A stretch of DNA of 63,612 nt, the filler included, from Atractiella rhizophila (lineage: Eukaryota), in assembly GCA_021432655.1 (NCBI GenBank). It is 3 parts of 3 records of this genome, joined end to end, with 100 filler letters (N's around TTAATTAATTAA, not from the genome) between each part and the next. Parts side by side here need not be neighbours in the genome. Positions count along the whole stretch, not along the records: positions 1 to 28,649 come from MU271730.1; positions 28,750 to 57,291 come from MU271731.1; 1 more part is not named here. The stretch is one strand, 5' to 3'. Numbering within the stretch: the first letter of the stretch is position 1; the number at the start of each line of letters is the position of its first letter. The position numbers and the translations under genes were made by a program. The notes under the pieces were generated by a model. The model saw only the letters and a program-made list of their open reading frames with translations, did not search any database and was not told the DNA's origin. Positions 24,687 to 40,416 of the stretch are shown here, one piece after another.

Positions 24687-26036
24687 GGTGCGTTCGTGTG
24701 GATGGGCGCGGCGATCGAAATCGAAGAGTTGTCCTTTCTTTCTTTCCTGCTGCGTGTGTGTGGAGCGGGCGGATTTGCTCACTTCAAGATGCGAAAACTT
24801 GAACGTGTTACGAAGGCTAAGCAAGATGATGTGAATGGCTGATTATTATGTTAGTCAAAGCTGACATTATCGTGCGGCGTAGATACAGAGAGGAGCCACT
24901 TGTTGTGGTTACAAGGTGAGCTAGAAATTTGAGGAGATTCAGCTCCTAGTCGAATTGAGGAAGTGCAAGTGCCGTATATTACTTTTGAGGATGTTGCCCT
25001 GGTATTATGAACCGTAGGTTGGGGCGTGTTAGTTAAGTTGTTAGGTGTCGCGAATTGATTAGAATCACCACTGGCTCTTGGAAGCTGAGTGGTGTAGGAA
25101 GACCTTCAAGTTGGTTGCAAGTTCCATGGCTCCAAAATACATAGCGCCACTTATAATACACAACATCCTCTTCTTATCAATCTTGTCACTGCAACTGCTC
25201 TCTCATGCGACCATTGCCTTGGATACTCTCCAATGGCGCGAGGTTTATAGCGATGTAGCTACTGTTCCCTTCGCCTTTTGCCCCCTAATATTTACCAAAC
25301 ATAAGTCCGTTGCCTTATTGTGTCGATGGGCGGCGTTTAGACACATTGGAATGCTAGCTCCCCTTGAATGCGTCAACGCCTCAGTTATACGAACTACCTT
25401 TCCTCTTCCCGAAGTACTGGCAGGAACCTGAAAGTCCAGGTGGTTAAACTGTGAGGAAAGGCACCACTTGACGTTTATTTGGCTTATTTGGTGAATAGAT
25501 TGCGATTGGGATACTTATATAACATTCATGTCGGTCACTCCATTCACGCCCGACCCAAACCGCTCCATCAAAGGTCTGTTTCCTTGAGCTCTTTCCGTCT
25601 ATCAAGTTACAACCTATGACAGCGCCCACCACAAAACTCCAAATTGAACACGACTCCGAAGACCCTTTTGGGAATGGAAGTCAAGGAACAATTCTCAAGC
25701 TGGATATAGCACGCCTGCACTACTCTCACTCTGACTCGGATCTGTCGATGTGTCATCACGCCGGGCTTCCTGCCGTTTTGCACATTCAAGTATTCATCAC
25801 GCCTTCGATGCAGCATTCAAGGACTACCTGCCGTGCCGGACTGAAGGTATTCCGGTGGGGCTGTAGTGTCTGCTGAGCTGAGACGTCTGAGAAAGGGTCA
25901 CCATGCACCATATGTACCACCAGCCCGGCTACGACTCGTTATTTCTGCCTATTTGATGGGATCTTCTCCCAGTTTCAGTTGCGCACATCAGTACCAGTAG
26001 GCGATTGCGATCAGTGAGCTCTAATAGAGTACTTTC

Positions 26037-28649
26037 ATGGAGGAGAAAAAAGAAGCGCTGCAGGCTCGACAGGACGTAGAGGTCGAGGATGGTAAAGAGG
26101 AACTTGAGGATTCGGACGGTGTCACGAAGGAGGTCGGTGGAACAGGCGGATGTGACAAATTCAACGCGAGAGAGATGGAGAGGGAGGAAGGAGTGAATGT
26201 CACGCTCGAGAGGGTTGGAGATGAGGGAGATGAGGTGCTTTGGGTGCGTTTCGTGACTTCCTTTCTCGTCTAGGAACAAGATAGATTGAGTCAAAAGATG
26301 CCTCGACACCACTGTGATTAATATTTAGACGAGGGCCCATGCACCTCGATGTCGCTTGCTTGTGATTGGTCTTCATCAGACGGGGAGCAACTGATGTAGC
26401 TTCTAGCCGAAGCGCTGAAGGCTAGCAAGACGTGACCTGAACAGCTTCTCGCAAATTGTGGTCGTGAATTGCGCACGAAAATCGCATTCCTGTCTCCCGC
26501 TGCCGATATCCAAAGTGGAGCAGTGTGCGTGCCTTGTACAAAACATGGACAGGCTGTATTCTCCACTCTCCACTCATCGTTTATTGCCGAGAGGGATGCA
26601 TCTGCGGTGTTCTGTACTCAAAGCACCAACATTAAGACAATGCCTGCCCGGTCCCTCTACATGTTGTTCAGGGTTTGCGGCGCCACGCCGCCTACAGGTT
26701 TCTTGCCTGCTGATTTGGCTGTACTAGGCTGTACCGCACTTTTGTGATACGAAGCCATCGGACCTGTGTCCTTCTGATTCCCTTGCAAACAATTACCTCG
26801 AACGTGACCTGACTCCGTGATCAGTTAGAATTTATCCCAGGCTCGCGGCAGAACCCATTCAACTGGTCTCATCGGAAAAAATGGACAATCACTATTCTAT
26901 GTTGCTGGCTGACCTTTCAGACGTGCGCTACTTTGCATCTTCTTTGTGTAGTGCGTCAGCTAAATAAGGCATAGAGCGTCTACAGCTTCTGCCTTCGCTA
27001 TTGGGAGTCCTGGGATGTCGAAGGAGATTGGAGCAGGGCATGAGGTGACGGCGTTGGCTTTGGGACTGTGAGTCTTTCCTTCAGTCGCCTTTGTTCTTAA
27101 TTTGAAAGTTCGTAAACAGATATCCCCTAGGATTTGGAATTGCGCCTCTGGTCTTTGCGCCGTTTTCAGAAGCGTACGGTCGCAACCCGCTTTATATCAT
27201 TACCACATTCCTTTATGCGGTATTCTTTATTCCACAAGCGCTGACCGACTCGATCGCGACAATCTGTGTCTTCCGATTCCTCTCGGGGGCCATGGCGAGC
27301 ATGGGAGCGACCATGGTGGGAGGAACGATAGCCGATTTGTTTGCGAGTCAAGACAGGGGATTGCCAATGAGCATCTTCAGCACAGCCGCCTTTGCTGGCA
27401 ACGGCTGTGGAGGGGTGAGCTCTGCTCTTTGCCCCAACAATAGCGTAAATTGAGATGTTGGTTTGAATAGGCTTGGTATGGGTACGTCGAACAAAATGTG
27501 GGCTGGAGATGGACAAATTGGATACAGGCATGTTTGCTTTCTTTGAGGTCTTGGTGGACTTAGTGATTGTCATGCGTAAAGCTTATCCTCGCAAGCACAA
27601 CCTGGATCCTCATGAACATCATCCTTCGAGAGACCCGCGGATCTGTTATCCTCTCTACCATCGCGCGCAAACTGCGTGTCACCACTGGAGACAACCGATA
27701 CAAAGTAAAAGCGGACGAAGAACGGTCCAGTTTAGCCATTCTGATCCGTGTCAGTTTATCCAGGCCACTTTGTGAGCTTCCCTGTGAAAGAATGTTGCAT
27801 CGGATGCTAACAGTGAACACGTTATTAGACTTGCTTGCCACTGAGCCCGTTGTGTTCGCTTTTTCGTTGTGGATCGCTTTCGCATGGGGAGTGTTGTTCT
27901 TACTCTTCGAAGCAATACCCTTGGTGCTCAAGAAGGTGTATAACTTTGACAATGGCCAAACTGGTTTGGCATTCTTAGCTCTAACGTGAAGTCTTTATCT
28001 TGTCAGAGTCACTCATGCTGAGAAGATAGCAGAATCGGAGGGATACTAGGGGGGCTGACAAACCCGCTGCAAGAGTGGATGTACAAGAGGAATGTGCAGA
28101 GAAAAGGCCCAGAAGCGAGACTGTATTCTTCGATTATAGGTGGCTTTCTGTTTCCCATTGGAAGCTTCATCTTTGCCTGGACTCAAGTATGACTTGCATG
28201 TCACCATACACAAGTTGCTGAGCTACGAACAGGGTAATGGACCGTGGTGGCCGCCGATCATTGGTATCGCCATCTTCACCATGGGTGTGTACATGATTTA
28301 TCTAGCCACTTTCAATTATCTCAGGTGCGCCAGTTCTCTTCCACAGGCTTTCACTGACTGTGCAACTAGTGACTGCTACTTGGCCTACGCATCGTCAGCC
28401 ATGGCTGCCCAATCATGTAAGCAGTTTCCTGTAGACATAGATGTAGAAGAGCTGACTTCGATGATGATTCAAGGGACTAGAAATGTGGCAGCATTTGCAT
28501 TTCCCCTTTTTACGACGCAATTATGTTCCGTGTTTCCATACAAAGCTATGTACAGATCTGACGAGAGGAACAGATAATGCCATAGGCTATCAATGGGCGG
28601 GGACACTGTGTGGATGTCTAGCTCTTCTTCTGTCGAGCATCCCAATTGC
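26037..28649 (+). CDS. MFS transporter, DHA1 (Tpo/Bsu1-like) family; 3' end lost in gap
   Basis: Contains NPFNWSHRKKW, APFSEAYGRNPLY, GATMVGGTIADLF, ETRGSVIL, PEARL and YASSAMAAQS; many short introns plus a 581-nt intron at 26244-26824. Confidence 0.92.
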
Positions 28650-28749
28650 NNNNNNNNNNNNNNNNNNNNNNNNNNNNNNNNNNNNNNNNNNNNTTAATTA
28701 ATTAANNNNNNNNNNNNNNNNNNNNNNNNNNNNNNNNNNNNNNNNNNNN
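28650..28749. other. Assembly gap with TTAATTAATTAA marker
   Basis: N runs flanking ttaattaattaa. Confidence 0.99.
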
Positions 28750-29291
28750 GAAGCTTGCGCTGATAAATCTTCGAGCAATGCACGAAGGGATGCCATCTCA
28801 TCTTTCATTGTGTAGACCGCACGAGGTTTCAGAAGAGTAATCATCTGTGTTTGGCATCAGGGTCATTCCATCATGTATCAGGAACGATGTTGGAAGGGAA
28901 ACACCAGCGCCATCCCTTCACGAACAACATAACAAATCGGGAACTCACATCTATCCTCATCACGCTACATCTCTGGCTCAGTTTTCTCTCTTGCTTAACA
29001 TATACTACAGTGCCACTTGAGGAAACAATGCAACATCCTGTGGCAGACCGAAGCTGGCTCAAGAGCTTGAGAAGAGCGGCTTCGATTGGGTCGCGATCGT
29101 TGGGGATATGTCACATGATCATATGGAACGGGAACCGGGTATTATAATTGGCAACATCACTCCCCTAGATTGCATTGACAGCATCAGCTCACTCTGTATA
29201 TTGCGCTTGTGTTACGCCCAAGATTCTACGACATTATATTGACACCTCAACGTTTTAACGACACTTGGATACCCAGGACAAGGGTTACGAC

Positions 29292-30689
29292 ATGCCGCTC
29301 CCAGTGTACTGGCCACTCGTCTTCGTGCCGTACCTCGTCCAGACGCACTTATTACATCCTTACTATCGCACCCACCATGACCTCCAGTCACGCTTCATCC
29401 GCCTCGCCCTCCTGCCCATATCCCTCTATCTCGCTTTCACTATACCCTTCCTCCCGTCCTCACACTTTCCAGGACACTTGCTCCTGCTCAATTTCCCAGA
29501 GTACATGCTCCTGTCATTCCTCATACTCAAGACCGTTGAAGTAGCGTTGACGCGGGGAGAAGACTTTTATAAGATCGAAGGGAGGACGGAGGAGGAGAAG
29601 GAGGCAGGGAGGGAGAGGCAGCGGAACGAGCATAGCTTTGTTGAGAGGTGGAAGTGGACATGGTGTTGTGTGATCAGGCAAGTCCTTAAATTTGCTCCAT
29701 GATTCAATATTGAATGTTAACTGAATCGCTGGAGCAGCCCTCGAGGTGTTGGCTTTGGTTGGAACCCTGACCTTCGGAGACAGACTCCAGAGCCGTCGAC
29801 CACATTCCTTCGAACGCTACTGATGAGCCAAGTTCTGCTCCTCTCGATCGGCATGCTCCTTCTCGCCATATTCTCAATCTCTGTACATACCCAAGACCTA
29901 CCTCCATCTGCCTCCCATACCAATCCCCTCTTGAACTTCCTAATATCGAACCCAAGCCTACTATCGCTGATCCACTCCAAATTCTTTCTCTCACCAATGA
30001 TCGGAATCGTCGTCTACGTCGGGCTCGCATTCAACTACAACGGATGTGCACTCCTCCACTACCTCCTACAAACCCACCTCCCCTTCCTCCCACCCTTCGA
30101 CCCTTCACTCTGGCCGCCGTTATTCAACTTCTTCACCCTCTCTGGAAAACTTCACAACATAGACTCGCTCCGAAACTTCTGGTCGGTGGGCTGGCACTCC
30201 ATGTTCAAACGCACATTCTTTTTCTTCGGCGTAAAACCCTACCTCATCCTCCCACTCCCTAGGGTAATGAAGAAGATATTGAGCGTTCTCACAGTCTTCG
30301 CTATCAGCGGACTCATCCATGAACTCGGATTACGCATGGCTCTCTCCCTCGACCACCCTGAGGAACTTAAACTCGGAAGAAATCTCCTAGGTTGGCTCGG
30401 GACGAAAACCTTTTGGTTCTTCGAGTTGCAGGGTGTTGGGATCATTGTTGAGAGTGCTCTGCGGCTTAGAGGAAAGTTGGGATTGTCGTTCACCATCTTT
30501 TGGCTTACAGCTACAGCTACCTTGGTCGTAGATGACTGGTATGTCTTTCACACATAATATAACCGTTATTCGTCGATTAATGATGTGAATTGAAACAGGC
30601 TCGGACGTTTACACTACAAAGAAATCGTGCCGCCAGTTTGGGAATGGAAAGACTTTGTGTTAGACTACCTACACGCTTTTTCGACATGA
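29292..30689 (+). CDS. MBOAT-family (wax synthase-like) membrane-bound O-acyltransferase
   Basis: Contains PRGVGFGW, SLRNFWSVGWHSMFKRTF, FAISGLIHE (catalytic His) and FFELQGVG; two introns. Confidence 0.85.
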
Positions 30690-30818
30690 AGCATTGCGAC
30701 GATTCGCAGCATCAATACGATAATGATTTGTACAATAACTATTCGTCTCACATTCTAGCAGCTGCAGATTCATGTGTGCAACAACCTTTTTCATTGCAAT
30801 ATAGCAAGAATAGTTTTC

Positions 30819-34699
<3,881 letters not shown>

Positions 34700-34888
34700 G
34701 TTCCTAAAACCGACTCAGTACACTCATACACGGTGCCTATGGACAAACTCTTCTTTTTCCCCTGTTGTCAGCGCTGTCAGCTCTTGCTTTACTTTGGCAG
34801 TTCGGCTTTGAATGGTAACCGACACGATTCAGCGTAGAACGTGATAAAACTTGATAAGATGGTAGAGAAGGCTCTTGACCACAAGCTG

Positions 34889-34970
34889 GCCCCTTTAGCT
34901 CAGTGGTAGAGCATCGGATTGCAGTTTGCTGATTATCCCCGTGTCACTAGTTCGATCCTGGTAGGGGGCT
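34889..34970 (+). tRNA. tRNA-Cys (GCA) with ~10-nt intron
   Basis: Acceptor GCCCCTT/AGGGGGC, D arm GCTC..GAGC, anticodon GCA at 34921-34923, T arm ACTAG-TTCGATC-CTGGT, discriminator U, and a downstream TTTTT terminator. Confidence 0.9.
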
Positions 34971-35041
34971 GACTTTTTGTCACTTCCCTTCCAAACAGGA
35001 AAAGTGACAACTTTGCTTTGGCTTTGGCCTCAAACTCTGTC

Positions 35042-36345
35042 ATGACAGTCGAGAACTTGACATCTATGGAAGATTAAGGTATGGGATCATTTTATGCTCA
35101 CCACTACCCCCTCCACCTGAAGCAGCCTCTACTTCACTTTTCGAATACAGCTTTGAGCATCGAACAATAAATTCAACTTTCATCCATATCTCCTTCCTCG
35201 CTTGGTGGGCCTAATTCTTTTCTATTCAACAACAACGACCCAGAGCTTTTCATAACATTCGAAATCACAAAGGTAGTCAAGGAATACTATTACGCTCGGA
35301 CAATCGATCTCCAGCTTCAATGTTGGGTTTCCGGCTAAGACTCCTCTGACATCATCATTTCGAAAAAGGAACGACATAGAAGGCCTATCCAGGACTGGAA
35401 GCCACAGACTTTCCGCAATGTTGAAGCTGGAAGGAATGTTGGATCTCTACAGAATTCCTTTCTCTGACAAGGAGGAGCTCGGTGAATCAGTTTTGGATAA
35501 AGTGCCAAATGCCAAATCTAACAGGAACATCGAACTATTAATCAACCTATTTTGTGAGCATGGGCCAGAAACAGAGCTCGTCGTGGTCAAGCCACAATAT
35601 TTGTATTACGCCCTCTCCTCTCATGCCTTTCTGATCTCACCTTTACACCTCTCAGCTATTGGGTTCGAGGTAAGCATGGTGATGTCTCACTGTCGAGATA
35701 TCTCGTGAGAAAATTGTCACCGGCTCAAACAGGCTATCAGACGCTGTCTTCCTATCGTTGTTGAGGAACTTCGCTCTAGTGAGTTATCACATCTAGTTGC
35801 TTTAACTTGGCACTCATAAATCGATTTCCTACTTAGTCTCTTTCCGGTTACTTCGTCTTCAACTCCCAACTGCTTCTGACGGAATTACACCGCCTGAAGC
35901 AGCTGAATCAAGCCGTCTTCGAGGGTCAAGCTGTTCCTGCGAAGACGATTTATTGCAACCAACCTAAGACCGCGAGAGCGACTCCTATAACTCCTCCACC
36001 CAGTATTTCGCTGGTTCTTAGACGACTGTCAAATTACGAACCTACGACATCTGACAATCACTTCGCACTGAGGCTCTGAGAATTTCCGATTGCTACACTG
36101 CCCGGGCTGACCTAGCGGAGAGGTGCGAACGATATTCAAGACTTAGGCATACCCTTAGATACGCTTCTGGAGGCCATCGATTCGCTATCATAGAGTTCAA
36201 GATTGGAGAGGTGCGATACCCCATGGATGTGAATGAGTCAGAGCTATGCGACCAGAGCAGGCCGTGGATGGAGCGCCGATCTTGGGAGCAGTCAGAAAAC
36301 GGAGAAGATTACGAGAGGGATGGTGAATTTCAGACTTTTCTAAGA
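35042..36345 (+). pseudogene. Decayed F-box/LRR-family gene
   Basis: Fragments LPPPPE..LFEY, LRNFALVSYHI and SDGITPPEAAE (compare SGTITPPELCD in the 7241 gene), broken by stops and frameshifts. Confidence 0.5.
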
Positions 36346-37827
36346 TATAGTATCATGATGTAACCGGATCTATTACCTAGATTAAAACGGTGCACGACGA
36401 TGAGATGAGAGTGCGAGGACTTGAAGAGTAAAAGAAGCCTCGCTGTTCGTCAGCTCGAAGTTGAGAAAAGATGATGATGACATCGATGAGACGAGTTTGG
36501 CGTTCAGTTTCTTACTACTTAGTAGTAGGCTGCCCCCCTCCTTTTGCCTGTTAGATGCTAGAAGGCACAGTTAATACATTAACCCAGAAACACGAAATCA
36601 ACGAAATGAGGTGACAAATAAAGCGACTCTAAAACTTTTGAACATCGACTCTCCTCCACTGCTTCGCCTTCTCCCTCCACCTCTTCCTCTCCCTCCTCGA
36701 AAAAAAAAAAAAAAAAAGTGGTCAAGCCACAATATTTGTATTACGCCCTCTCCTCTCATGCCTTTCTGATCTCACCTTTACACACCTCAACTATTGGGTT
36801 CGAGGTAAGCAACGATGGTGATGTCTCCACTGTCGAGATATCTCGTGAGAAAAGTGTCACCGGCTCCAACAGGCTATCAAACGCTGTCTTCCTATCGTTG
36901 TTGAGGAACTTCGCTCTAGTGAGTTATCACATCTAGTTGTTTTAACTTGGCCCTCATAAATCGATTTCCTACTTAGTCTCTTTCCGGTTACTTCGTCTTC
37001 AACTCCTAACTGATAATGACGGAATTACACCGTCTGAAGCAGGTGAATCAAGCCGTCTTTCGAGGGTCAAGCTGTTCCTGCGAAGACGATTTATTGCAAT
37101 CAACCTAAGACCGCGAGAGCGACTCCTGTAACTCCTCCACCCAGTATTTCGCTGGTTCTTAGACGACTGTCAAAATTACGAACCTACGACATCTGACAAT
37201 GGCTTCGCACTGAGACTCTGGGAACGATGTCCCATTGACTACACTGTCGGGGCTGACCTAGCGGAAGAGGTGCGAACGGTGTTCGATACTAAGGCATACC
37301 CTTAGATACGCTGATGAAGGCCATCGATTCGGTATCATAGAGTTTAAGATTGGAACGGTGCAATACCCCATGGATGTGAATGGGTCAGAGCTATGGCGAC
37401 CAGAGCAGGCCGTGGATGGAGCGCCGATCTTGGAAGCAGTCAAAAAATGGAGAAGATTATGAGAGGATGGTGAATTTCAGACTTTTCTAAGGTATAGTTA
37501 TCATAATGTAACCGGATTTATTACTAGTTTAGGACGATGCACGACTATGCGATGATATTACGAGCAATTGGAGAGTAAAGGAAGCCTCCTTTTTTCGTGA
37601 GCTCAAAGTTGAGAAAAGATGATGTGAGACGAGAGTGGCGTTCAGTTTCTTACCACTTAGTAGTTGGCTGCCTGCCTGTTAGTTGGTAGAAGGCACAGTT
37701 AATACATTAACCCAGAAACACGAAATCAACGAAATGATGAGACAAATAAAGCGGTTCTAAAACTTTTGAACATCGACTCTCCTCCACTGCTTCGCCTTCT
37801 CCCTCCACCTCTTCCTCTCCCTCCTCG
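35583..37827 (+). repeat. Diverged ~1.1-kb tandem duplication (35583-36699 / 36718-37827) joined by A18
   Basis: Both units start GTGGTCAAGCCACAATATTTG and end CTCTCCCTCCTCG; A18 lies at 36700-36717; the copies differ by many SNPs and small indels. Confidence 0.93.
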
Positions 37828-39763
37828 TCCCACCCTCACCCCGTTCTCGTTCACCCTCTCCCTCCATCTCTCCATCCCGTTCGCGCTCACTCCCATTCCT
37901 CCCCCTCCCACTGTCCCCCTCCCTCCCTACCTCCCCGTCATCTTCCTCCTCCCACACCTCCACCCCCTCCGCAGCCCACTCCCGTCTCCGATCATCCTGC
38001 TCGTCCCTCCCTGTCCCTGCCCCTGCCCATGTGCGTGTCCCTGCGCTTGTCCCCTCCGATACCCAATGACGAGTCCACGCAAACCGTCCCACCGCCCGTT
38101 GGGCTTTGGATTCTTGGAAGCGCGTTGGAAGGCGGCGAGGTTGTGTGCTTGGCGGAGTTGGGTGAGGAGGCGGGTGAGGAGGGGCGTTGGGTGGTTTTGT
38201 TCTTGGATGGAGGCGGAGGCGGAAGCGGGGTTTGAGGTGGAGGAAGAGGAGTGGGAGTTGGAGGTGGAGGTGTGCGAGGAGAGGTGGGAGGTCGAGGGGT
38301 GGACGTCCATCTCGATCGTCACTTCGTTCGTGTTCGTATTTGCATTATTCGACGGCGGCGTCGTTCGACGACGGAGACGGAGGAGGGAGGAGATTCGGGA
38401 CGTAGAGGAGGCAGAAGCGTCTGGTGACAGCTCATCCGATCTGTGGGATGACCCACGTCCTATGAGAGCCTGTTGCATCTTTTTGCGCCTCTGCATCCTC
38501 AACCTCTTCTGTCTCTTCCTCATCTCCTCCACCTCTCCTTCCCACATTCCACTTCCCACAAACCACCAAAATCCTGTCCAGCTCTGCCAGAGCAGGATGC
38601 ACCAAACCACATTCGGGAGCCATCCCAACCTATCCTCCTTCACCTCCAAATAGTTCACCGCCGTCCCCGTCACCGCTAAGAATAGACTGATGATTCCAAA
38701 TCCCAAGGCGGTTTCGTCCCCTTGGTGTCTCCAGGCTCGTTGACGATTGAGGTAGAGAGACCAGATGAGAAGGCCTACGGTGTAGAGGAGGGTGAGGGTG
38801 GAGTTGCAGATGACACGGATGGCATCACCGAGGTCGACGATGGAGGGGATGGAGGAAAGAGAGGTGAAGGAGAGGGAGGCGGAGATGAGAGCGAGGGGCA
38901 CGAGGAGGGAGAGGATCAGACGGGCTTCGAGGGTGGAGGGGAAGAGGAGGGTGAGGAATTGGATGTGTGTTGACTGGTCGCCGTCAGTTAGAAAAAAAGG
39001 AAAGGAACGATGGAAGAGAGGTCAGACGAACATGACATGCGAGTGCTACGGCGCCTTGCAGAGCTTCCCAACTTATGAGTTGGATCCCATCCCACAAAGC
39101 CACACCATCGTCGTCTGTGGGTGGAATATCGACTTCAACGTAGTCAAACATGAATGGCCACTCGTGTCCTTTCTTCCTCAGACTGTTGAACAAGAGTCCC
39201 AAGCTGGTGCCGACGCTGGAGAGGGTGATGGTGACTGCTGCTATTTGGAGCCACCAGTTGGCCCTAGAGATGGGGATGTGGTAACGGACCGTGAAGAGGA
39301 GATGGATGAGCAGGATGGTGAGTAGTGTGAGCGTCAATCCATGGATGAGAAGCTGGACGGGCATCGAATAGGTGAAGTTGGGAATATAAGCCAGGAGCGG
39401 GTTCTGAGATGCCTCAGAGCTCTGATCGGTCGTCCCTCTGTTCAGCCAACGCCACCGCGCAAAGTCAATGAAACAAAACGGTTCGACTGAGCACATCTAA
39501 GTAAAAACGGACGTTGGATACAAGTCAGGCTCGTCTCGCACGCTCGAAGGCATAAAGACGACGGTAGCCTCGTAGCCTGGCGGAGCGTCCTCGTTGACCT
39601 GAGTGAGGTTGATGGTCCCGGACATGTTGCCGGTCACAGTGGCGGCTCCGGTGGCTTGTGCTGGGTAGGTGGGAGAGGACAGGAGCGCTGTGGACAGGGA
39701 GGTGGCGAGTGAGGAGAGGGCAGTGGTGGTCAAAGTCGGGGTGGAGGATGGAAGAAATGCCAT
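37757..39763 (-). CDS. RRA1: Rra1-like 7-TM pH sensor of the basidiomycete Rim pathway (apparent frameshift near 38005)
   Basis: Contains NPLLAY..PVQLLIHGLTLTLLTILLIHLLFT..YH, WPFMFDYVEVDIP, DAIRVICNSTL, RAWR and WWFVGSGM..GEVEE followed by a charged region. Confidence 0.8.
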
Positions 39764-40416
39764 GGCTTGCAAGGCTCGTCTTTTGCTCTTGGCGACAGCA
39801 TCTTGGCTTCCTTGGGCTCTCCGAGTAACCCCTGTCCGTTCCTTTGTTTCCGGCCGAGTCCCGTTCCAACCTTCCACAAGAGGAAAGGTACACAATTTTA
39901 TGATCTGTTTGTATTTCGACCAAGAATCCACCGCTCTACCAAGCCCTTGGGTGGAAGAGCAGCAACACAAGTGTTGGATTCGGTTGATCGCAAGTTTGCA
40001 AGTCGGTTTGTATCTTGAGTCCTGCCTCACTTGGTTGTCTGTTGTGGTCTTTCTCGCGCTGTGCTGTGTCACGAGCATTACCTTATTAGTGTCGCCTTTT
40101 GAGCCATATGGGTGCGGAAAGCATACGAAGGGTAAAGGTTCATTTAGGCAGCGAGTGAAAGAGTTACATTCAAAAAAATATCAATTCGGACCCACGAATC
40201 CAAACGAAACGAAACGAAAGCAACACCGACACTGTGAGCCAAGAGCCAAGAAAAACGGAAAGAGAGATGATTAGGCTGCGAAATGAACTGGACTACTTTT
40301 GGAAAACCTGATCGTAACAGTGCTCAGAGATCGAGAAGATATCATCAGGCAAACGACACTGAGAAAAACAGAGACGGCCAATAAACGAACGAACGAACGG
40401 AAGAGGAAGGGACTAT

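Noticed and set aside
25740..25805. Two minus-strand GTGATGA C-box-like motifs suggesting a C/D snoRNA
   Set aside because: There is no properly spaced CTGA D box and no convincing rRNA-complementary guide.
25078..25876. ORFs of 117 aa and 86 aa between CK2 beta and the MFS gene
   Set aside because: They show no recognisable homology or splice structure; the region is probably divergent promoter or leader sequence.
25860..26824. TPP riboswitch in the MFS leader or intron (CTGAGA at about 25878 and 25887)
   Set aside because: The downstream core (ATAC..GAAC(C/T)TGAT..G.TAAT.C..GCG) is absent.
28693..28705. Palindromic TTAATTAATTAA inside N runs (also near 57336)
   Set aside because: It is a scaffolding gap marker with stops in all frames, not biological sequence.
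37766..38653. 295-aa Pro/Cys-rich + strand ORF and similar long antisense ORFs (18264, 39669, 61795)
   Set aside because: They are shadows of low-complexity coding sequence on the opposite strand.
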